DNA from: Candidatus Uhrbacteria bacterium
Lineage (GTDB): Bacteria > Patescibacteriota > Patescibacteriia > UBA9934
Direction: 5' to 3'
DNA: 64,000 nucleotides
Assembly (NCBI GenBank): GCA_003518105.1
Contig: DOZH01000005.1
Span: forward strand, 40,513 to 104,512
Position numbers and translations under genes: made by a program. This document shows, piece by piece, positions 16,975 to 26,784 of this stretch. Under the pieces are notes generated by a model that saw nothing but the letters and a program-made list of their open reading frames with translations, had not been told where the DNA came from and made no database searches. Every line of letters starts with the position of its first letter. Position 1 is the stretch's first letter.

Positions 16975-18504
16975 TCACTGCACCACCGTCTTCGGTCTAT
17001 ACTGCAACGCCTCAGCTATATGCCCCGCCGTAATAATCGACACTCCCGCTAAATCCGCAATCGTTCTCGCCACTCTCAGTACTCTCGTATAGCCTCGTGC
17101 ACTCATCGCCAACCTATCCACGGCGTGCTTCATCAAATTATTACTCTCATCGTCGAGCACGCAATGTTCACGGAGTAATTGCGACCGCAGTTCCGCATTG
17201 GTATGCACGTTGGTGCCCATGAATCTCTTTGTTTGCACATCTCGCGCTATTTGCACCCGTTCACGAATTTCTGCCGACGATTCTTCATTCTCGCGACTTG
17301 TCAGCTTAGCAAAGTCCACTCGTGGCACTTCGCAACACATATCAATGCGATCAAGTAGCGGCCCCGAGATTTTTTGTTGGTACTTGAGTATCTGGTGCGG
17401 ATTGCAGGTGCAAGCCCGTCCTGGGTCATTCAGGAACCCACAGGGGCACGGATTCATCGCCGCCACTAACATGAATCGTGCTGGAAACTCCAGCGTCCCC
17501 GCTGCTCGTGAAATTGTCACCACGCCGTCCTCCAATGGTTGCCGTAAATTCTCGAGTACTATTCGCGAAAACTCCGGGAACTCATCTAAAAACAACACTC
17601 CGCGGTGGGCCAGCGACACTTCACCCGGCTTTGGCCATGCGCCACCACCAACCAAGGCTGTTCCCGAACTTGTATGGTGCGGACTCCGAAATGGTCGCGC
17701 CGCCGCCAAGGCTCGTGTGCCATCGAGCGTCCCAGCCACCGAATGGATCATCGTAATCTCCAAGGCTTCACTGAACGTCAACGTCGGTAGTATCGACGGC
17801 AACGCTCTGGCTAACATAGTTTTCCCACTTCCCGGCGTGCCCGAAAGCAGAATATTATGTCCACCCGCCGCTGCAATCTCCATCGCTCGCTTCACTTGCG
17901 CTTGTCCGCGAATATTATGCATATCATCCGCCGGTGCAGTCTCAGTTGCGACTGCTGGCAGGCTAATCTGCGTCGTGAATGACTTATCGATTCCCTCTAA
18001 ACACATTAAGCATTCTTCAAGTGTCGCGACCGGGTGCACAGGAAGGTCGGCTACCAACGCCGCCTCATCCGCATTCTCTTTTGCGACAATTATTCCTTTG
18101 AATCCCTGTGCCTTGGCCATCATCGCCGCCAATAAGGCTCCGCGCACCGGGCAAACTCGACCATCTAACGCGAGTTCTCCTAGAAACACATAATCACTTA
18201 ATTTGATCGGTGTCTCAAAATGACCATGCGCCGCCAGCACCGCTACCGCAATCGCTAAATCATAAGCTGGCCCCTGCTTTTTCACATCCGCTGGTGCTAA
18301 ATTGATCGTAATGTGCGTTCGCGGAAACTTCAGTCCGCTATTCTTAATCGCTGCTCGCACTCTCTCCCTCGATTCATTCACCGCCGTGTCCGGTAGCCCC
18401 ACAATCAGGAACTTCGGCAGCCCCGATGTTATATCTGCCTCTACTCGTATTGTTTGTGCTGTTAAACCCAGTAACGCTGACGCATAACTACAAGCAGACC
18501 CCAT
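16975..18504 (-). CDS. comM: YifB/ComM family Mg-chelatase-like ATPase
   Basis: Lon-like N-terminus (GLPKFLIVGLPDTAVNESRERV), Walker A LSGTPGSGKT, C-terminal ARTIADLAG...HIAEALQYR. Confidence 0.85.
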   Translation of the reverse strand: MGSACSYASALLGLTAQTIRVEADITSGLPKFLIVGLPDTAVNESRERVRAAIKNSGLKFPRTHITINLAPADVKKQGPAYDLAIAVAVLAAHGHFETPIKLSDYVFLGELALDGRVCPVRGALLAAMMAKAQGFKGIIVAKENADEAALVADLPVHPVATLEECLMCLEGIDKSFTTQISLPAVATETAPADDMHNIRGQAQVKRAMEIAAAGGHNILLSGTPGSGKTMLARALPSILPTLTFSEALEITMIHSVAGTLDGTRALAAARPFRSPHHTSSGTALVGGGAWPKPGEVSLAHRGVLFLDEFPEFSRIVLENLRQPLEDGVVTISRAAGTLEFPARFMLVAAMNPCPCGFLNDPGRACTCNPHQILKYQQKISGPLLDRIDMCCEVPRVDFAKLTSRENEESSAEIRERVQIARDVQTKRFMGTNVHTNAELRSQLLREHCVLDDESNNLMKHAVDRLAMSARGYTRVLRVARTIADLAGVSIITAGHIAEALQYRPKTVVQ

Positions 18505-18561
18505 AAAAAATATGTGATTGGGGAGAGATTAAATTTTTAGAAAAACCCTGGGGGAGTTTTT

Positions 18562-19008
18562 CTATTTCGTCGACTGGGGAATAGACTCATTATAGTATAA
18601 AAGCAGAATCGCGCCAGCTACTATGAGGATATCTGACAAATTGATCGCCGACAGTCTAAAAAATATCAGGTAATCAGTCGTAAACCCATTAATGAACCTA
18701 TCAACTAAATTTCCCATCGCGCCAATCGCCACCACAACCGCCCCTGTCATTTGCATCTTGTTCGCAACTCTCTTCAACCACGCAAACCGTACCAACAGCG
18801 CAATGATAACCACCGTCAACGGTATCACCACGAACAACGGAATCATCGTATCCCCCGTAATCCCCGGGTTCTTATGCAGCGCGAGGTCGACGGGCCAGCT
18901 CAAAACTTCGCTATCCGGTTTAAAACTCGTAATTGCCAGCAACTTCAAAATCACATCGAGCATCCCGATCGCCAACGCTCCCGCAATTATTATCACCGAT
19001 TTTTTCAT
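18562..19008 (-). CDS. lspA: Lipoprotein signal peptidase (signal peptidase II)
   Basis: Four hydrophobic segments plus GNLVDR and INLSD motifs. Confidence 0.8.
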   Translation of the reverse strand: MKKSVIIIAGALAIGMLDVILKLLAITSFKPDSEVLSWPVDLALHKNPGITGDTMIPLFVVIPLTVVIIALLVRFAWLKRVANKMQMTGAVVVAIGAMGNLVDRFINGFTTDYLIFFRLSAINLSDILIVAGAILLLYYNESIPQSTK

Positions 19009-19025
19009 ACCGTGTCTAAACTATC

Positions 19026-19100
19026 AGGACGACGTCGAACATCGTCCTTATCAATGTTTGCAGGCCTAGGACGACTCCCGATGTCGTCCTTTGCACTTTT
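19026..19100. repeat. Double-hairpin REP-like element (AGGACGAC...GTCGTCCT family), copy 1
   Basis: AGGACGACgtcgaacaTCGTCCT + TATCAATGTTTGCAGGCCT + AGGACGACtcccgatGTCGTCCT + TTGCACTTTT. Abuts the stop codon of the HD gene. Confidence 0.7.
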
Positions 19101-19726
19101 TAGATCGCAAACTCTTTATACTTTCTCCTCATCTCCTCCGCAATCATATCACCAAACGCTCTAATCGCCGGATCGACGTCGGCATATTTGAGCCCATAAT
19201 TAATTGTGAACTCCAAATGAGCTGGGAACATGTGGCCTTGGCGATATTCGAGCACTTGCAATAGCGCCTCAATCTTATCCAGCGCTTTCACTACTCTTGC
19301 TTCAAATGTCTCATTAGCCTCGCTTTCCTGCCACAGTCCATACAACCGCTCATTCTCAACCGGTGGCAGCTTGCTAAATAGCTTCTTCGCCGCCTGCTCC
19401 TCCTTCGCCAGCTTTTCGGTTTTTCGTATTTCGTTGTAAGCATGACTGTCCTCGCCAGTCCCAGCCTTCCCTAGCGGACTCTCATCGCCACAAATAATCT
19501 CCGGCGTATCATGCAACACCGCCAACTGCACAGCTCTACCAACATCAAACGGCTGAGCCAACTTATCCGCGAACATCATCACGAGCATCGATAAGCGCCA
19601 GCTGTGATCCGCCACAGACTCATACTTAATCGGTCCTGCATAATCCTTCCAGTAATATTGTCCTCGAAATCTCTCCAGCTTCTTTAATCCTTCCAGTGTC
19701 GTCGCAAAATTTAAATAAGCATCCAT
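19100..19726 (-). CDS. HD-domain phosphohydrolase (YfbR-like 5'-nucleotidase type)
   Basis: VADHSWRLS...LHDTPEIICGD HD signature. Confidence 0.7.
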   Translation of the reverse strand: MDAYLNFATTLEGLKKLERFRGQYYWKDYAGPIKYESVADHSWRLSMLVMMFADKLAQPFDVGRAVQLAVLHDTPEIICGDESPLGKAGTGEDSHAYNEIRKTEKLAKEEQAAKKLFSKLPPVENERLYGLWQESEANETFEARVVKALDKIEALLQVLEYRQGHMFPAHLEFTINYGLKYADVDPAIRAFGDMIAEEMRRKYKEFAI

Positions 19727-19804
19727 ACAGCGTCTCGATAATATCGCAAACCACCCACAAACAAAAGACCCGCGAGTTAATCACGGGTCCTTTACTGCAG
19801 AACT

Positions 19805-19917
19805 TTCACATTTGAGACTAGTTTGGGTGCGGAGCAAGCCGAGCTTTTGAGACTCACTAGAGCGTGAGTTGAAAAAGTCGGCGCAGCGACAAACCCAAAA
19901 TAGGCCAAATGAGGAAG
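19805..19917 (+). ncRNA. Candidate structured element, copy 1 of 2 (strand uncertain)
   Basis: Shares the 5' TTTCACATTTGAGACTAGTTT and 3' AAAATAGGCCAAATG ends with 47686..47797. Interior helices are conserved by compensatory changes. Confidence 0.5.
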
Positions 19918-19922
19918 TTCTG

Positions 19923-20288
19923 TTAAATCTCTTGCGTAAGCGTCTTCTTACAAGCAATACAGGAAGTAGAAGCTGGACGTGCTAGTAAACGTTGAATATC
20001 AATTTCATGTTGGCAATACTTACACTTGCCGTAAGTGCCAGCTTCGATAGCCTTTTGGGCCGAGCGAATGTCCTTTAAGCCAGCTTCAAGTTCACTCTCC
20101 AGGGACAAGTTATCGCTAAACTCGGCAACTTCAGCCGCGTTTTCATCCTCGCTTTCCCCATGATTAGGAAAGTCCGTGGCCACAGCACCATCTACGCCAC
20201 GATGTGTGATCTTATTAATCTCAGCCTCGAGCTTTCCCTGTTCATCCTGCAGGGCTTGAGTAAGCTGAGCTAAAAGTGTCTTATCCAT
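19923..20288 (-). CDS. DksA/TraR-family C4 zinc-finger protein
   Basis: C-terminal CKYCQHEIDIQRLLARPASTSCIACK after a coiled-coil N-terminus. Confidence 0.75.
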   Translation of the reverse strand: MDKTLLAQLTQALQDEQGKLEAEINKITHRGVDGAVATDFPNHGESEDENAAEVAEFSDNLSLESELEAGLKDIRSAQKAIEAGTYGKCKYCQHEIDIQRLLARPASTSCIACKKTLTQEI

Positions 20289-20888
20289 ACAAGAAAAATC
20301 AGGTATCTGTTAAGTGCTAGCCACTATAGCAAAATCTAGGAAAAAGGGAAATCAAGGCTAAAAATACTCAAATTTAGTAAAAGAAAAGAGGGAAATAAGC
20401 GAGAAAATTGTTGAGGCGCGAGGCCTAAGGAAAGATAGAAATTAATCTACGATGATATCCTGGCTCAACAGTTTGGCTTATGTCCCTCAGACGAAGGGCG
20501 TAGGATGGACACCGGCTCTGGTGCTGGGTTTCCAGGTCATATCTTTCGTTTGGGAAAGGCATCACCGGGCAACGCAGCCACAGATCGGCGTCGACAGTCA
20601 GACGCTTTGACGTTCTACTCTACCCCGATAGGGTTACCTGGCGTGCCGAACGCATTCAAGACGCGAGCCCAGTCGACCAATAGTATGAGAGTAAAGTAGT
20701 GAGGTATCCCCCGAAGCTGAATTGTGGGGGCTTCGGAGGATTTCCCCTATGTCAGCCGTACGATGCTTCGCACGGAGCTTAGAGGTTTTGTGGAAAGAAC
20801 AAGTGAAGAGTTCACATTTATATTATAGTTCCCTGAACACCTATTGTAAACAGACTATAAGCCCTGCAAAATATAGAAAAACTCTATT

Positions 20889-20960
20889 TGTGGATAACTT
20901 TCCGAACTAATTCTGTGTAGGGCTGTGGATAACTTGTGGGGATAACGGCACTTATCCCCC
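20889..20960. promoter_or_regulatory. Secondary DnaA-box cluster
   Basis: TGTGGATAA at 20889-20897 and 20924-20932. TGTGGGGATAA at 20935-20945, facing TTATCCCCC at 20952-20960. Confidence 0.5.
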
Positions 20961-20972
20961 TCGCCCACATTA

Positions 20973-22271
20973 TTACCAGCAAAGTCTGGTCTGATTGTTA
21001 TCTATAGCCACTTCGCTAAAGTTTTTTAAGAATAATGAAACCGCACGATTGTTGTTCAGGAGTGACATTGGCGCTTGCTCGGTAATTAGCGATGTAGCGA
21101 ACCAAGTATGCGCATTTCCGAGACAAGTCGAGGCGGGCTTAGCTCCACTTTCCAGTGAAATCTCGCGATTAGCTATCGTCATTAAACTCGGCGTCTTAGC
21201 GATCCGTAGCGTTTTACCTGTATTATTGCTTAAAGTTATAAAAGTGTAAGTTTCCTCAGCTTTAATCTCAGTTGTAATATTTGCTGGGTCACTTCGCAGC
21301 TCGTTATAAACAGAGCCATCCTCAGTTGTCCACGCTAGCGTAGCCAAACTAACTCTATTCATAATGTCTTTACCCAGGCTCGCTGCTTCGTCCACTGTCA
21401 TGTCACCAGGTGCCAAACTTAAATAGTAGCCGAGCCCTTCCGCGTCTTCGGTTAGCAGAATCGAGCCACCATTCGTCAGTAGCATGGTTAAAGCCCGACT
21501 ATCAGCTGGAATTGTCAGCAACGTCGCAACGACGCTCGGCAACTGCAGAGAGTTAGCCGGAATAGTTAAATTGGCCAAAACCTTAACGTCTGCCTTGACC
21601 ATCGGCATTGTCGCGTCATCGACCGCCACATCCGTACCTCGGATCATTAAGCCTTTAGCGTTCAAGTGTAACGATTCACGCACTGCCTGCTCGCCATACG
21701 TTACCACCTCACCCTGAAAAAATGGCGACAAGGCTCGTAACGTCACGTGAGCTCCTGTATCAATGATCTCCTCGCCAGTCCTCGATATCACCGTTGTACG
21801 ACCTTGAATGCTAGCTACATAGCCAAAGCCTGCCAAGCGCTCGCTCGCTTCTACGCTCAGTTTAGTATCAACAACGTAACTAATTAAGCCGTCGTTGCTA
21901 ATATCGAAGGTCACTTCCCTTTTGCTTTCAGCGATTATTTCACCGAGCGTGACCGGCGCTCCTGTCAGTATCGCTAAGCCATGCAAGTGCTCAGTTATCA
22001 GCCGCTTATTCTTCGGCGTCACAAGTAAATGCACGCTCATCACCGTATCTTTCGGTTGATACCGCAGAGTCGGCGATACTACGTACTGCAACCGCCAAGC
22101 TACCACCGCCAGTACCAAGCCCAAGCCGAGCGCACTATAAAGGGCAACAACCCGAGCGTAATCACGCCGGGTTGTTATTTGTCCTTCCAAAGGAATATTG
22201 AGCGCGCCGGTCACAGTTTTAGCTCTTAGGAGCTGCAGTAGGTGCTGGACGTTCTGGGTAGACGTTACCAT
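20973..22271 (-). CDS. Hypothetical membrane-anchored protein
   Basis: 432-aa ORF with one N-terminal hydrophobic segment (VVALYSALGLGLVLAVVAW). Overlaps the pnp 3' end by about 50 nt, so the start may lie further downstream. Confidence 0.55.
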   Translation of the reverse strand: MVTSTQNVQHLLQLLRAKTVTGALNIPLEGQITTRRDYARVVALYSALGLGLVLAVVAWRLQYVVSPTLRYQPKDTVMSVHLLVTPKNKRLITEHLHGLAILTGAPVTLGEIIAESKREVTFDISNDGLISYVVDTKLSVEASERLAGFGYVASIQGRTTVISRTGEEIIDTGAHVTLRALSPFFQGEVVTYGEQAVRESLHLNAKGLMIRGTDVAVDDATMPMVKADVKVLANLTIPANSLQLPSVVATLLTIPADSRALTMLLTNGGSILLTEDAEGLGYYLSLAPGDMTVDEAASLGKDIMNRVSLATLAWTTEDGSVYNELRSDPANITTEIKAEETYTFITLSNNTGKTLRIAKTPSLMTIANREISLESGAKPASTCLGNAHTWFATSLITEQAPMSLLNNNRAVSLFLKNFSEVAIDNNQTRLCW

Positions 22272-24390
22272 CAGCCTGCTTCATGCTCAGGTTGGTGCGA
22301 CCCTTTTCGTCAATTTCAATCACCTTCACCTTCACCTTATCACCTACCTTCACAATGTCGGTCACCTTATCCACGCGCCATGGAGCCATTTCGGAGATAT
22401 GCACCAAGCCATCCTTGCCTGGCAAAATCTGCACAAACGCGCCAAATTCCATCAAACGTACCACCTCACCATCAAACAATTCGCCAGCTTGCACTTCGCG
22501 GGTCAAGTCAGTCACCCACTTGAGCGCTGCTTCACCAGAAGGGCCATCAAGCGCGGTGATCATCACCAAGCCGTCCTGTTCAATGTCGATCGAGCTGACA
22601 CCAGTCTTGGCAATGATCTCGTTGATCATCTTGCCGCCTGGGCCAATAACCTCACGAATCTTTTCTGGGTTAATCTTCAGCTGCAAAATACGTGGAGCAT
22701 TTGGCGACAATTCTTTACGTGGAGCTGGCAGTGCGGCCAACATCACGTCCAAAACTTGAAGGCGGGCCACCTTGGCACCACGCACAGCCTCCACAAGAAT
22801 CTCGCGGGTCAAACCTTCTGTCTTCGTGTCCATCTGAATAGCCGTAATACCCTTAGCAGTTCCCGTAATCTTGAAGTCCATGCCGCCCTCACCATCTTCC
22901 AAGTCCTGCAAGTCCGTAATCACCACGCTGCGCTTGCCGTCACTCGCCAAACCCATAGCAATACCAGCTACTGGCGCCACAATCGGCACACCAGCGTCCA
23001 TCAAAGCGAGCGTTGTGCCGCAAGTGGAACCCATGGAGCTGCTACCGTTGCTGCCCAAAACTTCCGACACCACGCGAATGGAGTATGGGAAGAATTCCTT
23101 CTCCGGAATCATGAAGTTCAATGCCTTTTCGGCGAGCGCACCGTGACCAATATCGCGGCGGCTAGCCCCACGGAGTGGCTTAGCTTCACCAACTGAAAAT
23201 GGTGGGAAGTTATAGTGATGCATGAAGCGCTTCTCACCAGTTAATTCCATGCCGTCGAGTGTCTGCTTGTCGCCCGGCGCACCAAGCGTACAGATGGACA
23301 GTACTTGTGTTTCACCACGCATAAAGAGAGCCGAACCATGGACGCATGGCAATGTTGCGACCTCGCTCGACAACGGACGAATCTCGTTCAGTGCCCGGCC
23401 GTCAACACGCTTACCCTCGTCCAAAATCATCTTGGTAATGACACCTTCAATCGCGCCATAAACCAAGCTACCAGCATAGCCAACCTCCGCTGACTCTACT
23501 CCCTGAGCTACTAAATACTCAGCCAAGCGGTGCTTAACCTCGTCGCGAGCTACGGCCCGTTCGGTCTTACTTGCCTTTGGTGCGCCAAAGAACAATTCGC
23601 GAATAACTGGTTCCAAGAAAGTCAGCGCCATTTCTTTAACGGCTTCACGTTTAGCGTGACCAAGCTTCTCGGCCTCAGTTCCTGGCGTAAACAAATCTTT
23701 CTTCTCCTTACCGACAGCGGCGCGCACCTCCTCAATCAACTTAATAACTGGGCCGAGCGCCTTACTACCAAACTCGAACGCCTTCAAGACCGTCTCCTCA
23801 TCCACCTGGTTAGCGCCAGCTTCAATCATGACAATCTTCTCAGGTGTTCCCGCTACGTCAATATCAAATTGGCTGATGCCGCGTTGTTCGTAGCTTCCGT
23901 TAATGATCAACTCACCGTTAATTTCGTTCACACGAGCGGCAGCAATCGGGCCATTCCAAGGGATGTCGCTCATGTGTAAGGCACAGCTAGCGGCAATTAG
24001 GCCTGGTACGTCAGCGTCGTTCTCGCCGTCAAAGGCTAGTACGCTCACGATGACCTGCACGTCGTGTTCAATCCGCTTATCAAACAACGGACGAATCGCA
24101 CGGTCAATAAACCGAGCGTTCAACACGGCTTCGTCTGTTGGGCGACCCTCACGCTTAATAAAACGGGAACCCTTAATGCGACCAGCGGCGTACAACTTCT
24201 CCTCAAACTCCACCATCAATGGGAAGAATCCAAGGCCTGGGCGCTTGTCCTTAGCTAATACCGCAGTGGCCAATACCACCGTGTTACCGTACTGCACCAA
24301 ACAGCTACCGTTCGCTGCTTGCGCCATCTTACCTGTTTCAATCGTCAGCGTTTTACCGCCGTACTCCATGCTGAACTTGTTCGTCGCCAT
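22219..24390 (-). CDS. pnp: Polyribonucleotide nucleotidyltransferase (PNPase)
   Basis: 723 aa with two RNase PH-like halves (GSSSMGSTCGTTLALMDAGVP), then KH and S1 regions (GELFDGEVVRLMEFGAFV). Confidence 0.95.
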   Translation of the reverse strand: MATNKFSMEYGGKTLTIETGKMAQAANGSCLVQYGNTVVLATAVLAKDKRPGLGFFPLMVEFEEKLYAAGRIKGSRFIKREGRPTDEAVLNARFIDRAIRPLFDKRIEHDVQVIVSVLAFDGENDADVPGLIAASCALHMSDIPWNGPIAAARVNEINGELIINGSYEQRGISQFDIDVAGTPEKIVMIEAGANQVDEETVLKAFEFGSKALGPVIKLIEEVRAAVGKEKKDLFTPGTEAEKLGHAKREAVKEMALTFLEPVIRELFFGAPKASKTERAVARDEVKHRLAEYLVAQGVESAEVGYAGSLVYGAIEGVITKMILDEGKRVDGRALNEIRPLSSEVATLPCVHGSALFMRGETQVLSICTLGAPGDKQTLDGMELTGEKRFMHHYNFPPFSVGEAKPLRGASRRDIGHGALAEKALNFMIPEKEFFPYSIRVVSEVLGSNGSSSMGSTCGTTLALMDAGVPIVAPVAGIAMGLASDGKRSVVITDLQDLEDGEGGMDFKITGTAKGITAIQMDTKTEGLTREILVEAVRGAKVARLQVLDVMLAALPAPRKELSPNAPRILQLKINPEKIREVIGPGGKMINEIIAKTGVSSIDIEQDGLVMITALDGPSGEAALKWVTDLTREVQAGELFDGEVVRLMEFGAFVQILPGKDGLVHISEMAPWRVDKVTDIVKVGDKVKVKVIEIDEKGRTNLSMKQADGNVYPERPAPTAAPKS

Positions 24391-24539
24391 AAGATTGTGC
24401 CTCTTTGCTCCACACCGATATCAGCCGACATCCCAAATGGGATATCATCTTCTATCGACATGGCAAAGTAGACGTTATGAATAAGTGATGGAAGCTATCG
24501 AATCAACTGACTCGATAGCTCTACATCATCGTTCATCTC

Positions 24540-25178
24540 CTAACTCTTCCTAATGTATCTTCGTGGCTTCCTCTCCGCATCATTCACCACATTCTTGTCG
24601 ACGGTCAAACTCGGTTCATCTTCCGTCGACGTTGGGTCAATACTCGAGCTGCCCGGCTTGGCTGGCCTTGGCTTATTGCTGCCCGGCAACAGGAAAGTAG
24701 CAGTATCATCACTCAAGTTGGTATAAATATCGGCGCATTCTACCAGTCTGGTTGACGTTGACTCGCGGAAAGAAGCTACATGGAAAATTCGTCCGTGTCC
24801 CTTCACATACTCGCCAACCGGCACATAGTCGCCGTCACCGCTGACGAGCACCACCACGTCCAACATGTCGAGCATACGAATAATATCGATGGTAATGCCC
24901 ACGTCCCAGTCGCCTTTCTTGTGACCAGAATCATATTCTAGCAACTCCTTGGTCATTACCTCGATGCCCGCACCATGCAAGGCCTCAAGGAACGGTGTTT
25001 CGTCACCCGTCTTGGTTGACACGCAGTAAGCAATCGCTCGAATAAGCTTCTGATTACCAGTCGTGCCTGTCACGATGTTCGTAAAGTTGACTTTATTACC
25101 GTACAAATTACGGGCACTGTAGTACATGTTCTGGATGTCGATGAACACGCCCACGCGGCGGTTTGAAGTATCTAACAT
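24540..25178 (-). CDS. NYN/LabA-like domain protein
   Basis: VGVFIDIQNMYYSARNL...VVLVSGDGDYVP. ORF open to 25235; MLDTSNRR (25178) is the likely start. Confidence 0.7.
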   Translation of the reverse strand: MLDTSNRRVGVFIDIQNMYYSARNLYGNKVNFTNIVTGTTGNQKLIRAIAYCVSTKTGDETPFLEALHGAGIEVMTKELLEYDSGHKKGDWDVGITIDIIRMLDMLDVVVLVSGDGDYVPVGEYVKGHGRIFHVASFRESTSTRLVECADIYTNLSDDTATFLLPGSNKPRPAKPGSSSIDPTSTEDEPSLTVDKNVVNDAERKPRRYIRKS

Positions 25179-25267
25179 AAAAGAAAAACTCTTTAAAAAA
25201 TGATAATGAAAGGCAGTCTTAGTATACAACAGCACCCCGCTCTGTCATAGGGCGAGGCGCTATCGAA

Positions 25268-25555
25268 TTATTTGGCGGACTTGATCTGTTGTGTCTTGAG
25301 GCCGAGATCGGCAACAAGTTCCAAGTAAGCCTTCTCGTCTTCACGTTCCAAGTACTTCATCAAGCGACGGCGTTCTGCCACCTTCTTGATCAAACCACGG
25401 CGGGAGCTGAAGTCCTTGCGGTGATCCTTCAAGTGCTTAGTCAATTCTTCGACTTCCTTGGTCAAAAGGGCGATCTGCACTTGTGGGGAACCTGTGTCCT
25501 TGGCGTGCGTACCGTACTTTTTGATCAGGTTCTCTTTCTGTTTGGCGCTGAGCAT
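25268..25555 (-). CDS. rpsO: 30S ribosomal protein S15
   Basis: HAKDTGSPQVQIALLTKEVEELTKHLKDHRKDFSSRRGLIKKVAERRRLMKYL. Sits upstream of pnp as in many bacteria. Confidence 0.9.
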   Translation of the reverse strand: MLSAKQKENLIKKYGTHAKDTGSPQVQIALLTKEVEELTKHLKDHRKDFSSRRGLIKKVAERRRLMKYLEREDEKAYLELVADLGLKTQQIKSAK

Positions 25556-25718
25556 AGCTACATTGTTCACTCGAGGATAGTAGTACCCCAGTGCTCAAAC
25601 TGGTTAACCGCCACCCACGACTTGGATTAAGTAGGCCAAGAATAGCGGAATTAGTTATCTTGGTCAATAGATTAGCAGGTAAATAAGCTAACATTAGCCA
25701 TTTTGTGCATTAACCAGG

Positions 25719-25747
25719 TTGACTTTAGCTCAATTTTCTGCTACACT
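25719..25747 (+). promoter_or_regulatory. sigma70-like promoter
   Basis: TTGACT, 17-nt spacer, TACACT, about 70 nt upstream of the 25820 ORF. Confidence 0.45.
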
Positions 25748-25819
25748 AACCTGTCGTTGCCCTCTAAAAATAGAGATTCCAACGTCGTTTTACCTTTTCC
25801 AACACCCCACGGGAGTCCC

Positions 25820-26305
25820 ATGTCCTCAAGCAAAAACACCCCCAACATCCACAATTTCATCGTGGACTGCAGCGGCACTCCTCCCACGTTCTACAATTAC
25901 AGACGAACCTATTCCCAGAGCAAGCAACTGCCCAATCTGTACCAGGGGGCAACGCTCGACATGCGTCGGGTTATCGGCATGGCGGCACCAACCCAGTTAC
26001 TACAAAGGCAAACTCGACTCGACGTTATCGAGCACGAGTTGGCTGAGTACGAGCTCGTTGGTGCCCACGGCGCCGAGTGGTTCCTGCGCCCAGAGAACAA
26101 AGCAGCCTTTTTCAAGGTTAGTCCGTCGGGCTGCCTCTACTTCCTCCACAAGGAATCGGTCGGTGACATGCTTTTGGGGCTAGTCTGCCGTCATCAACAT
26201 GAAGGCCCAATAGCCATTAGCGGCTTCTACGCCGAGGAACGCAGTAAGTTCCCCCCCGATGCTCTGTTCGCCGTCATCGACCCAGCCGCCCAGCCCACCC
26301 CCTGA
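25820..26305 (+). CDS. Hypothetical protein (GC-rich orphan)
   Basis: ATG after GGGAGTCCC. 161 aa, no recognisable motif. Confidence 0.5.
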   Translation: MSSSKNTPNIHNFIVDCSGTPPTFYNYRRTYSQSKQLPNLYQGATLDMRRVIGMAAPTQLLQRQTRLDVIEHELAEYELVGAHGAEWFLRPENKAAFFKVSPSGCLYFLHKESVGDMLLGLVCRHQHEGPIAISGFYAEERSKFPPDALFAVIDPAAQPTP

Positions 26306-26402
26306 CCTTCGGCACTTCCCCGCGAAGTGGCCCAGCGTCTCTAACCGGAGTTTGCCCGCCATCGTGCGTGCAGACTCCGGTTTCGCGTTTAGCAAGAAAA
26401 AG

Positions 26403-26440
26403 CCCCCATTGCAGACGTATCTGCAGCAGGGTCTTTTTCA
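26403..26440. terminator. Bidirectional hairpin terminator
   Basis: A-run, CCC..TGCAGA-cgta-TCTGCA..GGG, then T-run. Serves the convergent 25820 ORF and higA. Confidence 0.55.
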
Positions 26441-26470
26441 TAGTGATGGTTACATGATACCACGATCTAA

Positions 26471-26776
26471 TTAAGCCGAGACTAGCTGATGAGGTTGCAC
26501 CTCACGGCTAATACGTGCGCCAGAGAGAGATTGTTCGACCAGAAGGTCGTGACGAGATTGCAGGTTGGTCCAAAAAGCGGGTGAAGTGTTGAAGTAAGCG
26601 GCGAAACGGAGGGCGGTGTCGGCAGAAATAGCGCGGTTACCATGGACAATCTCGTTGATGCGGCGGGCTGGTACCTTGATATCTTTAGCAATTCGATATT
26701 GAGTTAGGGCCAGAGGTTTGAGGAATTCTTCGTTTAAAATTTCTCCTGGGTGAATTGGTTTTAGTTTGTTTTTCAT
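26471..26776 (-). CDS. higA: HigA-family antitoxin (XRE HTH)
   Basis: IHPGEILNEEFLKPLALTQYRIAKDIKVPARRINEIVHGNRAISADTALRFAAYFNTSPAFW. Confidence 0.85.
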   Translation of the reverse strand: MKNKLKPIHPGEILNEEFLKPLALTQYRIAKDIKVPARRINEIVHGNRAISADTALRFAAYFNTSPAFWTNLQSRHDLLVEQSLSGARISREVQPHQLVSA

Positions 26777-26784
26777 ATTGAAGT

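Noticed and set aside
17198-18193. 331-aa plus-strand ORF opposite the comM-like gene, and 22198-23196 / 23903-24484 opposite pnp.
   Set aside because: They are antisense to strongly motif-supported conserved genes, and the translations are Ser/Ala/Pro-rich without motifs.
20440-20810. RNase P RNA, on length and isolated motif resemblance (GCCAGGTAAC; ACAGTTTGGCTTAT; GGGGAAATCC).
   Set aside because: The resembling motifs lie on opposite strands or in the wrong order or spacing. I could not form a P4 helix between candidate CR-I and CR-IV strands. Kept only as an unidentified candidate.
22219-22271. The overlap of about 50 nt between the pnp 3' end and the start of the 20973-22271 ORF, as a possible regulatory overlap.
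   Set aside because: It is more likely an over-extended start for the downstream gene. An internal start would remove the overlap, and there is nothing else unusual in the sequence.
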